From the IMG/VR virus record IMGVR_UViG_3300021961_000061: a stretch of DNA of 64,000 nucleotides. One strand, given 5' to 3'. Of the stretch, positions 10,088 to 19,907 are shown one piece after another. Position numbers and translations under genes: made by a program. Under the pieces are notes generated by a model. That model was not told the origin of the DNA, made no database searches, and worked only from the letters and a program-made list of their open reading frames with translations. This DNA is from an uncultured virus (IMG/VR IMGVR_UViG_3300021961_000061) (taxonomy: Duplodnaviria > Heunggongvirae > Uroviricota > Caudoviricetes). Numbering within the stretch: position 1 is the first letter of the stretch; each line of letters begins with the position of its first letter.

Positions 10088-10995
10088 TATCCAACAATAG
10101 TTGTGAAGTTTTTAGTGAAGTCAATGTTCGAACCTCTATCTTGACGAACCTCATAAAGAAGTGCATTGAACTGGTCACGAATTTCAAACAAGTTGTATTG
10201 TTTGTAAATGTTATTATCACTGTCGTAGATAGTGTAAATTCCATCTTCGATACTCTTAGTCTGATTTCCGTAAAGAGCAATAGCAAGTGATGAGATATCG
10301 TATTCAACCATATCAACCTCTATGGTGACAGGATTGAAAAATGTGTTAGTAATAATAATGTTCTGAGCGGGTTGACCGATGTATGGTGTTGCGTTTGGTT
10401 TGTTGGTTGGTGATGATGATGGTGATACTGTGCAAAACATCAAATTGGTTACGCCCTCAACATAACGATATCTTACGGCTTTTTGTGTAGTATTGATTTG
10501 GTTAACGACTACGGGCTCACAGAAAAAGTTTGAAGTAATAAGTCTGAAGAAATTCGGAATTTTTGAACCATCGCTATTCAAATACTCCACTCTGAAACCA
10601 ATTAACCCCTGTGGTGTAAACTTGTTTCTAAACTGAGTTGGAACATTGTTCAAATCAATGATAATTCCTTTCACATTGGGAAGTGCGGACAACACACCAC
10701 AATCAGTGATAGAGGTTCTAATTTGTGCAGGTCTCAACATCATTGTGTAGATTCCCACCTCGGTGAATACATCGGAAGGTAAAGTGAGGTTGTATAGACC
10801 ACCCAACACCTCAATGTTAGCATTACCCCCCGTGTTAGCGTTATTGAAATAAGGTCTTAATACAGATGGTGCATCCAAAGTAGTTAAAACAAAATTTTCC
10901 GTCTCATCTCTTGATGGGGTATAATTCAAAATTATCTCCACATCTTCAGGAGAAACATCTGAAGGTCTTATTGTTCCATAGGTTCCAATTGCCAT
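10087..10995 (-). CDS. Hypothetical virion structural protein
   Basis: 302-aa ORF, TAATG-coupled to the downstream gene, TATTTATA upstream (11015-11022). Confidence 0.6.
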   Translation of the reverse strand: MAIGTYGTIRPSDVSPEDVEIILNYTPSRDETENFVLTTLDAPSVLRPYFNNANTGGNANIEVLGGLYNLTLPSDVFTEVGIYTMMLRPAQIRTSITDCGVLSALPNVKGIIIDLNNVPTQFRNKFTPQGLIGFRVEYLNSDGSKIPNFFRLITSNFFCEPVVVNQINTTQKAVRYRYVEGVTNLMFCTVSPSSSPTNKPNATPYIGQPAQNIIITNTFFNPVTIEVDMVEYDISSLAIALYGNQTKSIEDGIYTIYDSDNNIYKQYNLFEIRDQFNALLYEVRQDRGSNIDFTKNFTTIVG

Positions 10996-11014
10996 TTGAA
11001 AAGTTTGTTATTTT

Positions 11015-11022
11015 TATAAATA
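11015..11022 (-). promoter_or_regulatory. Putative late-gene motif TATTTATA
   Basis: 19 nt upstream of the ATG at 10995. Confidence 0.55.
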
Positions 11023-11024
11023 GT

Positions 11025-12095
11025 TTATCCCTTATTTTCTATGGTATAATATCCATAACCATAGTTTATAAGGCCAGAAAGGGTAGTGACCTCGCCAAGT
11101 CTTTGTATTTGTTGGTACGCAGTATTTTTACCCCTTTCAACAAAGACATTTGTTACAATCTGAGGTTGGTCCTGAATCTTGAGTAGTAACTCATCTTTTG
11201 TTATAGGAACCGCAGTCAGCATATCACTTGTGAACCCACTACTATTCTCGAAGAAAATACTCGTACCATCACTATAGTCGTAATAGTCGGTATCTTGGAT
11301 GGTGTAAGCGGTGAAGACAGGGTTCATGTCAGTGATAACTCCATAGGGTTCTCCATTTTGGAAAACAGGAACCCCCACCTGATAGGTTATTGGCCCATAC
11401 TGAGCTAATTCTGTAACCCTTGAGGTACTCAATCCTGAAACCACAAAAGGAACCGTAGTATACCCCGAGGATATTTCACTCTCCACAGTGTTAACAGCAT
11501 CTCCTGAAAATATGTAATCATAACTAACAGGAGTGTTTGCCCAACTACCACCCAAAGGAGTGAAGAAAGCTCTTCCCAACGGATTATAAATCACAGCGTT
11601 CGAGAAAGGTACAGTAATATTCTTAGAAACTGTGTTCACCCCAAACGGTGTGGTTTGTTTCATCGTAATGGTATATCCCGTAGATGTTGAAGGATAAATA
11701 TGTGAAATCGTATCACCTGTAAAAATCTCATCAGGAGTGTTGTCCCCCCAATTTATCACATAAGAAGACAAACTCAGATAGGTAGATGCCTTATCTGATG
11801 AATTATAAACGGTATAAACATAAGGAGACTGTGTCGACGCTGTGAAAATGAAATTTGTAACAACATCTTTCTGTTCCGCAGCACCATCAAAAGGAGAATA
11901 ATAACCCAAATCAATGGTTGTCTCGGTGAGCATAATACAAACACTCAAACCAGTCATGATGGAGTTCCCATTTGTCCCCCCCGTTAAGATTTGAGACATA
12001 CCCGAGTAAACTCCCACTGTTGTTCCACTGACATCCACAGTGGTCAAGTCCGAAAGGACATTCGCAGGTCCAACAACAAAACGATAATCAGCCAT
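11025..12095 (-). CDS. PKD/Ig-like domain-containing structural protein
   Basis: 'YVINWGDNTPDEIFTGDTISHIY...YTITM' is a PKD-like signature; the likely start MADYRF at 12095 overlaps the upstream stop. Confidence 0.6.
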   Translation of the reverse strand: MADYRFVVGPANVLSDLTTVDVSGTTVGVYSGMSQILTGGTNGNSIMTGLSVCIMLTETTIDLGYYSPFDGAAEQKDVVTNFIFTASTQSPYVYTVYNSSDKASTYLSLSSYVINWGDNTPDEIFTGDTISHIYPSTSTGYTITMKQTTPFGVNTVSKNITVPFSNAVIYNPLGRAFFTPLGGSWANTPVSYDYIFSGDAVNTVESEISSGYTTVPFVVSGLSTSRVTELAQYGPITYQVGVPVFQNGEPYGVITDMNPVFTAYTIQDTDYYDYSDGTSIFFENSSGFTSDMLTAVPITKDELLLKIQDQPQIVTNVFVERGKNTAYQQIQRLGEVTTLSGLINYGYGYYTIENKG

Positions 12096-12933
12096 TTGGT
12101 CCAATGTATTCATACCATTTTATGGGAGTTGTTGTACCTACTCTTTCAAAGGTTAACATATCATAGACCACATATTCTTTTGTTGGGTATTCCAACTTGT
12201 AGATGTAATAGAAATTATACAAGTTGTTAACCGCATAGGAGTTTAAGTTTTGTAAACTTTGTGGTCTATTAATCAAACGAACAAACTCATTTGTTTTGGC
12301 ATTATAAAACTTACAAGACACATAAAACTGGTCCAAGTCAATGTATTCACGGGATTTTAGCCAATAGATATAAAACCCATCCGTATCACCGACAAAATCC
12401 AAAGAAAAGACGGGTTTGTTAATTAAAACATTCTCACCTTGCATGGTGACAGGCATCTGTTCCCCTTGAGTTGTAGGAATAATAATCGTCAGGTAGTTTT
12501 TCTGCTCAACTTGACTCGGTGAATTATAAAAATCTAACTTAAAGAAACTCTTACTGAATTTTTGTGAATAGTAATAAATTTCATCATAGGAGAATCCCTC
12601 TGCATTGTAGTCTGTAATCCAGTTACCTGTAGAACCAGTTCCACTGATTGTCCCCCCCGAAAAGAAGTAAAACTCATAATTGATATTGGTTCTTATTGTA
12701 GGGGTGGGTTGAATAACTGAGTTAGAAGTGGGGGTATAAGTGTAACCTGAATGACTGAATCTCGCAGTTTCGAAATCGATACCCAACCCAGCAACATCCT
12801 GATTGATTTGAAACTCTAACTTGTCGAGTTCATTTTCTGTATTCAAAAGTTCCCAATCGAGCATAACAGGAATTTGGAGAACTTTGTCTCCACCCAATTC
12901 ACCTAATCTAATTTGAAACTTATTCACAGTCAT
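12088..12933 (-). CDS. Hypothetical structural protein (baseplate/fibre cluster)
   Basis: Long aromatic-rich ORF overlapping both neighbours; 'SKSFFKLDFYNSP' motif; start at ATG 12933 or GTG 12927. Confidence 0.6.
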   Translation of the reverse strand: MTVNKFQIRLGELGGDKVLQIPVMLDWELLNTENELDKLEFQINQDVAGLGIDFETARFSHSGYTYTPTSNSVIQPTPTIRTNINYEFYFFSGGTISGTGSTGNWITDYNAEGFSYDEIYYYSQKFSKSFFKLDFYNSPSQVEQKNYLTIIIPTTQGEQMPVTMQGENVLINKPVFSLDFVGDTDGFYIYWLKSREYIDLDQFYVSCKFYNAKTNEFVRLINRPQSLQNLNSYAVNNLYNFYYIYKLEYPTKEYVVYDMLTFERVGTTTPIKWYEYIGPNG

Positions 12934-14614
12934 CAATAATTGGTTGTACCGCAATATCAAATCCACCCAGTACCTGTTGATAATTACTTCCTTCAGGAAT
13001 TAACCTGAAAATCTGGTTGGAAAATGGATAATGTGCACGGTTTAAAAATGGATAGTCTACCCCCCTATCTAAGTTGTCATATTCACCATAGAGGTAAATC
13101 TCCCTCCATCTAAACTCAGAGTTCTGTGATGAGTAAAAAGCCCAATTGGGAATGTTCTCAACCCCTGTTGCTGACGCAACCTCTAAGTAGTCAGACCAAA
13201 CTCTAATAGTCATAGGGTTATGAGGTAGATAGTAATATCCACGGCTATTAAAAGTGGGGGTGGTTTCTGTGGTAAACACAGATTGATTAAATTGAATCTT
13301 TTGAACATACCTTGATATCACCCATTCAGTTTGTATGTAATCGTTCCATTCACAAAAATCACCATCAATTAAATCGTCGACATTCAACACTTGGTTGTAA
13401 TAAAATGTTTCAGTTGAACCATTGGTGAGAGTGTATGAATCCACAGGGATATTGGTGTAAGAATCAGAATTCAAATCGGACCACCATGTGTCTGACTGAT
13501 TTGTAATATTGAATACCCACCCTTGTTTTAGTCCTACACCATTGTTGGGGTAATTGAAATATCCAGAATAACCCTTGTTAACGATACTCAAGTACAATTC
13601 GGAGAGGGGTCGATTTTGGTTATCTCTTAATGCACTGAGGTCAACATCTTGTCCAACCGTGAAATTATATGTTAAAGAACTTGTTTTTGTTGAAATTCTT
13701 GTTCTATTGTCAGGAGTAATTGAACTATATTCTAATTTTTTTTCATTACCAAAGGGGTTGTATTCAAAACCTGTTTTGGTCACAACGATTTCGTTTTGAT
13801 TATTGAGAATTTTATTTTTTCTCACATAATATTTTGAAGTGGTTTCCCCTGTATTACCAGGGTCTAAAACTCTTTTGAATGTTCCTGTAACACCATCATT
13901 GAAAGTTGTTCCTGTATACCCAATATTAACAATATTGAAAATATAATTTGAGCTGTCATAGTTGGAATCACCAAAAGAAAAGATTTCAAAAATCTGTTGC
14001 CCTTGGTAATCGAATGAAAGTTGAACAAAATTACCCAACTCTAAGTTGTGAGGCATAAGACATTGAAAAGAAACTATGTTTGCACCACCCTGAGTTGAAT
14101 TGAACACAATAAAAGGAATACCGTCCCCTGAAACCCAGTTTATGGTTTGTCCCTCGTATGTGGCTTGCATTGGTTTTGTGTAATCATTCTCAGCACCATA
14201 TGTGATGTAATAAGTCCAGTTGTAAGTGTATGCGCTCGATGCCTTATAATCGAAATGACCATCATTAATATTTGTTCTGAAAAAATCGAACTCGTAGTTT
14301 TGGGGAAATCCTTTCCACACCCCACTTAACTTGGACTGAATAGGGTCCGCATAAAACAAATTATTTTTGAATGGATTGTAATTTGTTGAACCTGTGTATG
14401 TGTTGTCGTACAGATATTGTACCTTGAATGTTGGACGAAATCTTTCGGATATTTGTCTTTCGTCTTGATACAATTGAGCCAATGACAAATTGTTGTTTCT
14501 CACATATTGAGTCAACTCCTTTTGGGTTTGATTCAAATCAATTGTGATTTGTTGGTCCACAATAGGGGAAGACTTATAACTTAGTCTCGATGGTATGATT
14601 TCAAAATTATTCAT
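12920..14614 (-). CDS. Hypothetical structural protein (baseplate/fibre cluster)
   Basis: 564-aa ORF translationally coupled within the tail operon. Confidence 0.6.
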   Translation of the reverse strand: MNNFEIIPSRLSYKSSPIVDQQITIDLNQTQKELTQYVRNNNLSLAQLYQDERQISERFRPTFKVQYLYDNTYTGSTNYNPFKNNLFYADPIQSKLSGVWKGFPQNYEFDFFRTNINDGHFDYKASSAYTYNWTYYITYGAENDYTKPMQATYEGQTINWVSGDGIPFIVFNSTQGGANIVSFQCLMPHNLELGNFVQLSFDYQGQQIFEIFSFGDSNYDSSNYIFNIVNIGYTGTTFNDGVTGTFKRVLDPGNTGETTSKYYVRKNKILNNQNEIVVTKTGFEYNPFGNEKKLEYSSITPDNRTRISTKTSSLTYNFTVGQDVDLSALRDNQNRPLSELYLSIVNKGYSGYFNYPNNGVGLKQGWVFNITNQSDTWWSDLNSDSYTNIPVDSYTLTNGSTETFYYNQVLNVDDLIDGDFCEWNDYIQTEWVISRYVQKIQFNQSVFTTETTPTFNSRGYYYLPHNPMTIRVWSDYLEVASATGVENIPNWAFYSSQNSEFRWREIYLYGEYDNLDRGVDYPFLNRAHYPFSNQIFRLIPEGSNYQQVLGGFDIAVQPIIDDCE

Positions 14615-17600
14615 CGGCTAAGTATTTTGATTTAAATCTATCCAAAGAACTGGCACCTCTAATGAGTCCAAAGTAGAAATGATTTGGTGCACCTACCGCA
14701 AACACACTTGGATAATTTCCTGCGGTCGCGGAGTTTCCACCTGTTGCATCTACATTGAAAATGTAACCTCTCGCATAGATATCATTGAGTTGTGAGTTTG
14801 ACCCCAAAAAGTATGAGGGTTGTGCGGGGAATGTTCTATCCAAAGATTGATAGTTTTTACTAAAAATATCAGAGTTATCTGTAGCCCAATCGTTACTTTG
14901 GGTTCCGAAGATTCCAACTTGGTTTCCTAAATTCAAAATTTGACCGATATTTGCCACCCACTTAGCAACATCATCTCTTTCCCAACGATAGAATGGAACT
15001 CTTTGAGATTTTATTCCATAGGAATATGGGAAGGCATTCGAGTTTGGTGTTGGTCTGAAATTAATCCTACCAGGAGAAAGGTAATCTTTGTATTGTAAAT
15101 CCTGTGTAGTAGAAGAAAAGAAAACACCCATGACAGAAAAACCATTTGGATTCCTTGCAATGTAGATTGGATTTGTTGGACTATTCGGGTCTTCTTGATA
15201 ACTCTGAGCATTGAATTTAATAACACCGAATTCCGAATTGATTGACAACATTTGTACGATATCCCCATCCAATCTAAGGTTAGACCGTGAAAACAAAGTA
15301 TTGATAGCCAAATTTGTTCCCACAATTGATGGAACAGCATATATCAAATATCTTAAGAAATAAGAGTTTGTTATTCTTGAAATTACAAATAAATTCAACA
15401 AGTCACCAGTATCACCATAACTTGTTGGTGACAGTACATCCATGACAAAACCATCATCTGAAGGATTCAGGGTCAACTCCTTGAAGATTGCGGTTTTTGG
15501 ACCCAAGTTCATGATTGTTGCAGGAGTTTGCAAACTATAATCATTAAGAGAACCTGAGATTGTGGTATTGAATTTTCCAATAAATGAATCAGAAGTTGGG
15601 CTGTAAGGACTACTTCTATAGTAGAAGTTGTTACTATCTTCGTTATAGTAAATCAAATCTTTACAGAAAACTCTCCTTGAAATTTGGTTGTTACCTCCAT
15701 ACAAGGTTCTAACCTGAAATGGGAAACTATAAAGTGTTCCATTGACCCAGTTATTAGTAAAAGTTTGGGACAATACTCCTTGACACAAAGCATAGAAAAA
15801 TCTGTATCGCAATCCCCATTCATTAAATAAAAGAAGGTCTTTTGGTAACCCTATGAGAGGTCGAGTGACAAATAAGTAACACCCTTGTTCTACATTATCT
15901 TTCTCAGTACAGTTCGCATCAATTATTAATGTGTTACCGCTATTTTGATAACAATCCAAACTTACCATGTTAGCACAAGAAAATGTATCAATCACATTTT
16001 GTGCATCAGGTAAATCTTCAATATCGTTTCCAACGATTGTTGCCCCCGCACCATAAGAAGTCGTAACTAAGTCTTCGCCAGTACTATCTATAATATACAT
16101 TTGGAACCCTCTATTCATCTGTAAAACAGGAACTATTGAATTCCATTCGGCACCATCCAAGTAGTCTGATGAAGGTAATCGGTCAGTTCTCAAAACATTT
16201 CGTGTCTTGTTTGAGAAATTTAACTGGTTTTGAATTGGTGTGACTGAGGGTAATAATGAAAAACTGTAATAAACACTCGAAGCATTATTCGGGTTATTAT
16301 CTGTGTTAACCCAATAGAAGTCAGCACCCGATAAATCCTCAACACCATCATACTTGGCTGGTGATGGGGTACTACTGAAAGCTTCATTTGTGTTTTTACT
16401 AACAACAATTTCTACAGAATTATTGACGGGTGTATTCAAATACCCCCCCACTGTTGATAAAGCCAATCCTTTTGGTGTAACAAATGAGGAGTAATTTGTA
16501 TTACTATCAATTGCACTATAGTATCCAACATTACTTGTGGTAAACGCAGAAAAATTGTTGTCTGCTTGGAAGAAGTAAGAGGGATAAAAAATATTATTTT
16601 GAGTTGTGTGTTTTTGAACAGATTCTCCTCCCGATGGTAATGATTGTATTGGTATATTGAGTCTTGTCTGAGCAGTAAATGTTAAAGAGTTTGCACTTGG
16701 TAACCCTAACAAATTACCAATACCATATCTGTTGGTGTATAATGGTGAATAGGGGTCCACTCCCCTTTGAAGAATTAAAATGTATTGATTGTCATATCCA
16801 TCAAAAAAGTTTCGGGTTTTTACATTCAAAGATGTTTTAGTCACCCACTGTGTCAAATTCCTCATATACCAATTCAGTTTGGAAGAAGAATTTAAAACTT
16901 CCAAAATACCACCATAAGGGTTTGGTGGATTGCAGGAACCTAAAGGTGTTACCCCACCGTTTCCTTGTATGATTTGAGGAACTGTTGATGAACAAATATT
17001 ACTTGTACCCTGAATGAATTGACTTATCGTACTATCAAAAGGTGTTGTCACCGTTAACTGCTGATTGTTCCCCGAGCAGTCGACATAGGTAACCGTAACA
17101 GATTGAGCAACATTCGGATTACCTATTGCAGTTTCGATTAAATAAGAATCACAAACGCCAGTACCACCCCCACTTGCAATTGCAAATGCATCCGATAGGG
17201 TAATTGCTGTGAGAACCTGATAGTATTCAAGGTCGGCAGGGAACTTATAGTTTGTAATTGTAGAACCTGTATTTAAGAAATAAGTCTTTGTGGTATTGGT
17301 TGTTTGATTTGTTGCATAAGGGACTGTAATTTGACCAGGTCCTGACAATAATGAAGTTCCTCCAATTCCATTAAAATTGGTATTACCACTGTAAAGGAAG
17401 TTTTTATCCGATGTTTTATCAACCCCTACAAATGTTAACAAAGTACCTGATGGTAATGCCGATTGTGACATTACTGTTATAGTATTGTCAAAGTGTTCTG
17501 TGGTTGTGTTAGACGGATAGTCAAAGGAAACACTTATTTTATTTACACCATCAAAATACTTTTTACGAGTGTTAAAGACATTTATCCTTTGAGCCATGGG

Positions 17601-19814
17601 TAGGTCAGGAGAAATTGCATAAACTTTTTTTGGAATATTAAGACTATTTCTCGTATCGGGTAATCTTGAAACTTGTGATTCAGTCGATTTATCCTGTTGG
17701 AATTTTTTTATATCCGCAGTTCTAGTTCCGATTGCCTCTGAGAAAATTAATGATAATACGGATGCGTTAGCATCACTCGGTTCTCCATCGTCACCAATTT
17801 TTTCAGCAGGTAATCCTGTATAATCTTCAAAATTTTCAAAATAAAGACCACTTGTAGTTAAAGGTGTAAGTAAGGATGTTGGAGTTGAGTTCCCTTCTCC
17901 ATCCAATCCCGATGTATTACATTCACAATTTGTACATTCAGGATAGGTAATCATTGGGAGTTTCAAGGGTTTAAATTTGACGAACTCGATGATTCTTTGA
18001 AGTACATTATTCAAACCTTGTCCTCCCACTAATAGGGCAACACCGGCGGCAATTAACGGAATACCCGCACCTGCGAAAATTGCTAAAGCAGTTCCAATAA
18101 CAATTAATGCGTAACCAACAATATTTTGCAACCTTACAACCAATTTGACAATGGGGATGATGATAAAGTTTACTATGAAAGCCAAAACATGGTAAACAAT
18201 CATAATGACAGGGAATAACAATTGTATGAACTGCATCAAAATGGCAAACAAAAAGAAATTAGTACTGAAATTCTTAATACCATCGTTCACAGGGAACTTG
18301 TTAACCGTTGTTTCACAGTCATTATTCCCAATTTCTTTGATACCCATGAACCTACCTCTATTGATACCTCTTTTGTATTGGTCAATCAATCCAGCTGGTG
18401 TATAAACCTTATTATACTCAAATTCATAAAAAGTATCTTCACAGTTGATTGCTGCTTGGAGTTTTTGATTTGATACTGTGGCAGATTCTGCATCGGTATA
18501 TCCTGTCCATTCCACACCAAAATAATATGAACTCGCTAACTCTCGACTTGTATTTAGTGCATTCGAGTAGTTGGGGTCAATAATTGGTGTTCTCCATCCC
18601 CATTCTCTAACATTCGGCAATAAATGATACCCTCTCTTAACGGGCTCAGTGTCGGTTGGGGCTTGTTGCCATTTTACTTTAAATCTATACTTACCTTTTG
18701 TTGGAATACCAACTCTTGGGTCTCTTGAATATATTCTTTGTCCATCCTCACTAGTAGTCACATACTCCATGTTCATTGGAACTTCGACTAACCATGTACC
18801 GTTTTCATCAATAACATTACCTGAGTTTTCCAAACGGTATTGTTCCAATATTGGTCTACCCTGAGAATCTTGAACGATGGTTTGTCTTACCGCTAATATT
18901 TGACCAGGACCCGCAACAAGATTACACAAATTACCCATGTTATCCTTGGGTTTACATCCCGCAGTCAATATTGAGGGGGGATTATCTCCAAATCCAAGAG
19001 GTGCTGCAATTTTATATTCATCACCTGTCGAAAATAGAGAGCCCATGAAGACTGATGTTGGTTGAATTTCCACATTCGCCTCATCCCTCAAATCAAAATC
19101 TATTCTACTAATTGAAGATTGACAAGTAGCCGGTTCTCCCCAAAAAGGTGAGACCTCAAAAGTTTTGGTTATGTTAATAATTTGTGGCAGACTGTCCAAG
19201 TCGGTAGAACTCCTAAACCTATCTCCAGCAACTTGTGATTCTGTTGCAAGACCCATTCTAATTAAATCTTGCGGGGTCAAAGAAAACTCACCAATGTCAC
19301 TTAAGTCTAAATCTAAAACTATAGTCTGTTGACCTGTAGGAACTCCCAAAATCATAAAGTCCCCACTCTCATTTGTTTTGACAGTAAACTTGTAATACTT
19401 GTCGTACAAATCAATCACGACGGGGTCATTTAAAACATCCTGACGAGATGGGAATGTTCCTGTTGCGGCATGGGTTGAATAGGATTGTAAATAAGGGAGA
19501 AGATTAAATCTATATCCATCATCATTTTTATCATTTGGTTGAGTATAAGGGTATACCTGAACAATCCTATCATTCAAAGAATCAACTTCATCTACCGGAA
19601 TAAAAATAGAAACTTTCGCATTTGGTATACCAAGTCCACCGTTGGCAACAACTCGACCTACAACAACACCATAATCAGCACAGTCTCTTGGGAATACATC
19701 ATTTTGAAGAATCTGTAACGATAGAATTTCTAAAAACTCAAAATCTTGGTCAAGTTGGAAACTGATGTTTCTATCAACACCGACTTCTGTTTTAATTCTT
19801 AATGATTGTCCCAT
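14607..19814 (-). CDS. Large tail/baseplate-associated protein with an N-terminal carboxypeptidase-regulatory-like beta domain and internal transmembrane segments
   Basis: 1735 aa. 'YGVVVGRVVANGGLGIPNAKVSIF...TVKTNESGDFMILGVPTG'; long hydrophobic stretches at about aa 520-600 followed by CTNCEC. Confidence 0.6.
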   Translation of the reverse strand: MGQSLRIKTEVGVDRNISFQLDQDFEFLEILSLQILQNDVFPRDCADYGVVVGRVVANGGLGIPNAKVSIFIPVDEVDSLNDRIVQVYPYTQPNDKNDDGYRFNLLPYLQSYSTHAATGTFPSRQDVLNDPVVIDLYDKYYKFTVKTNESGDFMILGVPTGQQTIVLDLDLSDIGEFSLTPQDLIRMGLATESQVAGDRFRSSTDLDSLPQIINITKTFEVSPFWGEPATCQSSISRIDFDLRDEANVEIQPTSVFMGSLFSTGDEYKIAAPLGFGDNPPSILTAGCKPKDNMGNLCNLVAGPGQILAVRQTIVQDSQGRPILEQYRLENSGNVIDENGTWLVEVPMNMEYVTTSEDGQRIYSRDPRVGIPTKGKYRFKVKWQQAPTDTEPVKRGYHLLPNVREWGWRTPIIDPNYSNALNTSRELASSYYFGVEWTGYTDAESATVSNQKLQAAINCEDTFYEFEYNKVYTPAGLIDQYKRGINRGRFMGIKEIGNNDCETTVNKFPVNDGIKNFSTNFFLFAILMQFIQLLFPVIMIVYHVLAFIVNFIIIPIVKLVVRLQNIVGYALIVIGTALAIFAGAGIPLIAAGVALLVGGQGLNNVLQRIIEFVKFKPLKLPMITYPECTNCECNTSGLDGEGNSTPTSLLTPLTTSGLYFENFEDYTGLPAEKIGDDGEPSDANASVLSLIFSEAIGTRTADIKKFQQDKSTESQVSRLPDTRNSLNIPKKVYAISPDLPMAQRINVFNTRKKYFDGVNKISVSFDYPSNTTTEHFDNTITVMSQSALPSGTLLTFVGVDKTSDKNFLYSGNTNFNGIGGTSLLSGPGQITVPYATNQTTNTTKTYFLNTGSTITNYKFPADLEYYQVLTAITLSDAFAIASGGGTGVCDSYLIETAIGNPNVAQSVTVTYVDCSGNNQQLTVTTPFDSTISQFIQGTSNICSSTVPQIIQGNGGVTPLGSCNPPNPYGGILEVLNSSSKLNWYMRNLTQWVTKTSLNVKTRNFFDGYDNQYILILQRGVDPYSPLYTNRYGIGNLLGLPSANSLTFTAQTRLNIPIQSLPSGGESVQKHTTQNNIFYPSYFFQADNNFSAFTTSNVGYYSAIDSNTNYSSFVTPKGLALSTVGGYLNTPVNNSVEIVVSKNTNEAFSSTPSPAKYDGVEDLSGADFYWVNTDNNPNNASSVYYSFSLLPSVTPIQNQLNFSNKTRNVLRTDRLPSSDYLDGAEWNSIVPVLQMNRGFQMYIIDSTGEDLVTTSYGAGATIVGNDIEDLPDAQNVIDTFSCANMVSLDCYQNSGNTLIIDANCTEKDNVEQGCYLFVTRPLIGLPKDLLLFNEWGLRYRFFYALCQGVLSQTFTNNWVNGTLYSFPFQVRTLYGGNNQISRRVFCKDLIYYNEDSNNFYYRSSPYSPTSDSFIGKFNTTISGSLNDYSLQTPATIMNLGPKTAIFKELTLNPSDDGFVMDVLSPTSYGDTGDLLNLFVISRITNSYFLRYLIYAVPSIVGTNLAINTLFSRSNLRLDGDIVQMLSINSEFGVIKFNAQSYQEDPNSPTNPIYIARNPNGFSVMGVFFSSTTQDLQYKDYLSPGRINFRPTPNSNAFPYSYGIKSQRVPFYRWERDDVAKWVANIGQILNLGNQVGIFGTQSNDWATDNSDIFSKNYQSLDRTFPAQPSYFLGSNSQLNDIYARGYIFNVDATGGNSATAGNYPSVFAVGAPNHFYFGLIRGASSLDRFKSKYLADE

Positions 19815-19827
19815 CTAAGGTTTTAAT

Positions 19828-19840
19828 GATAAATATTTAT
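19828..19840 (-). promoter_or_regulatory. Putative late-gene motif TATTTATC within the palindrome ATAAATATTTAT
   Basis: 13 nt upstream of the ATG at 19814; preceded by the small hairpin TGTGTTT-ATAAA-AAACACA. Confidence 0.5.
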
Positions 19841-19907
19841 TGTGTTTTTTTATAAACACAGATTTTCCTAAATCAAATATACCTTCTTGGGAAATTAAAT
19901 AAAGTTG

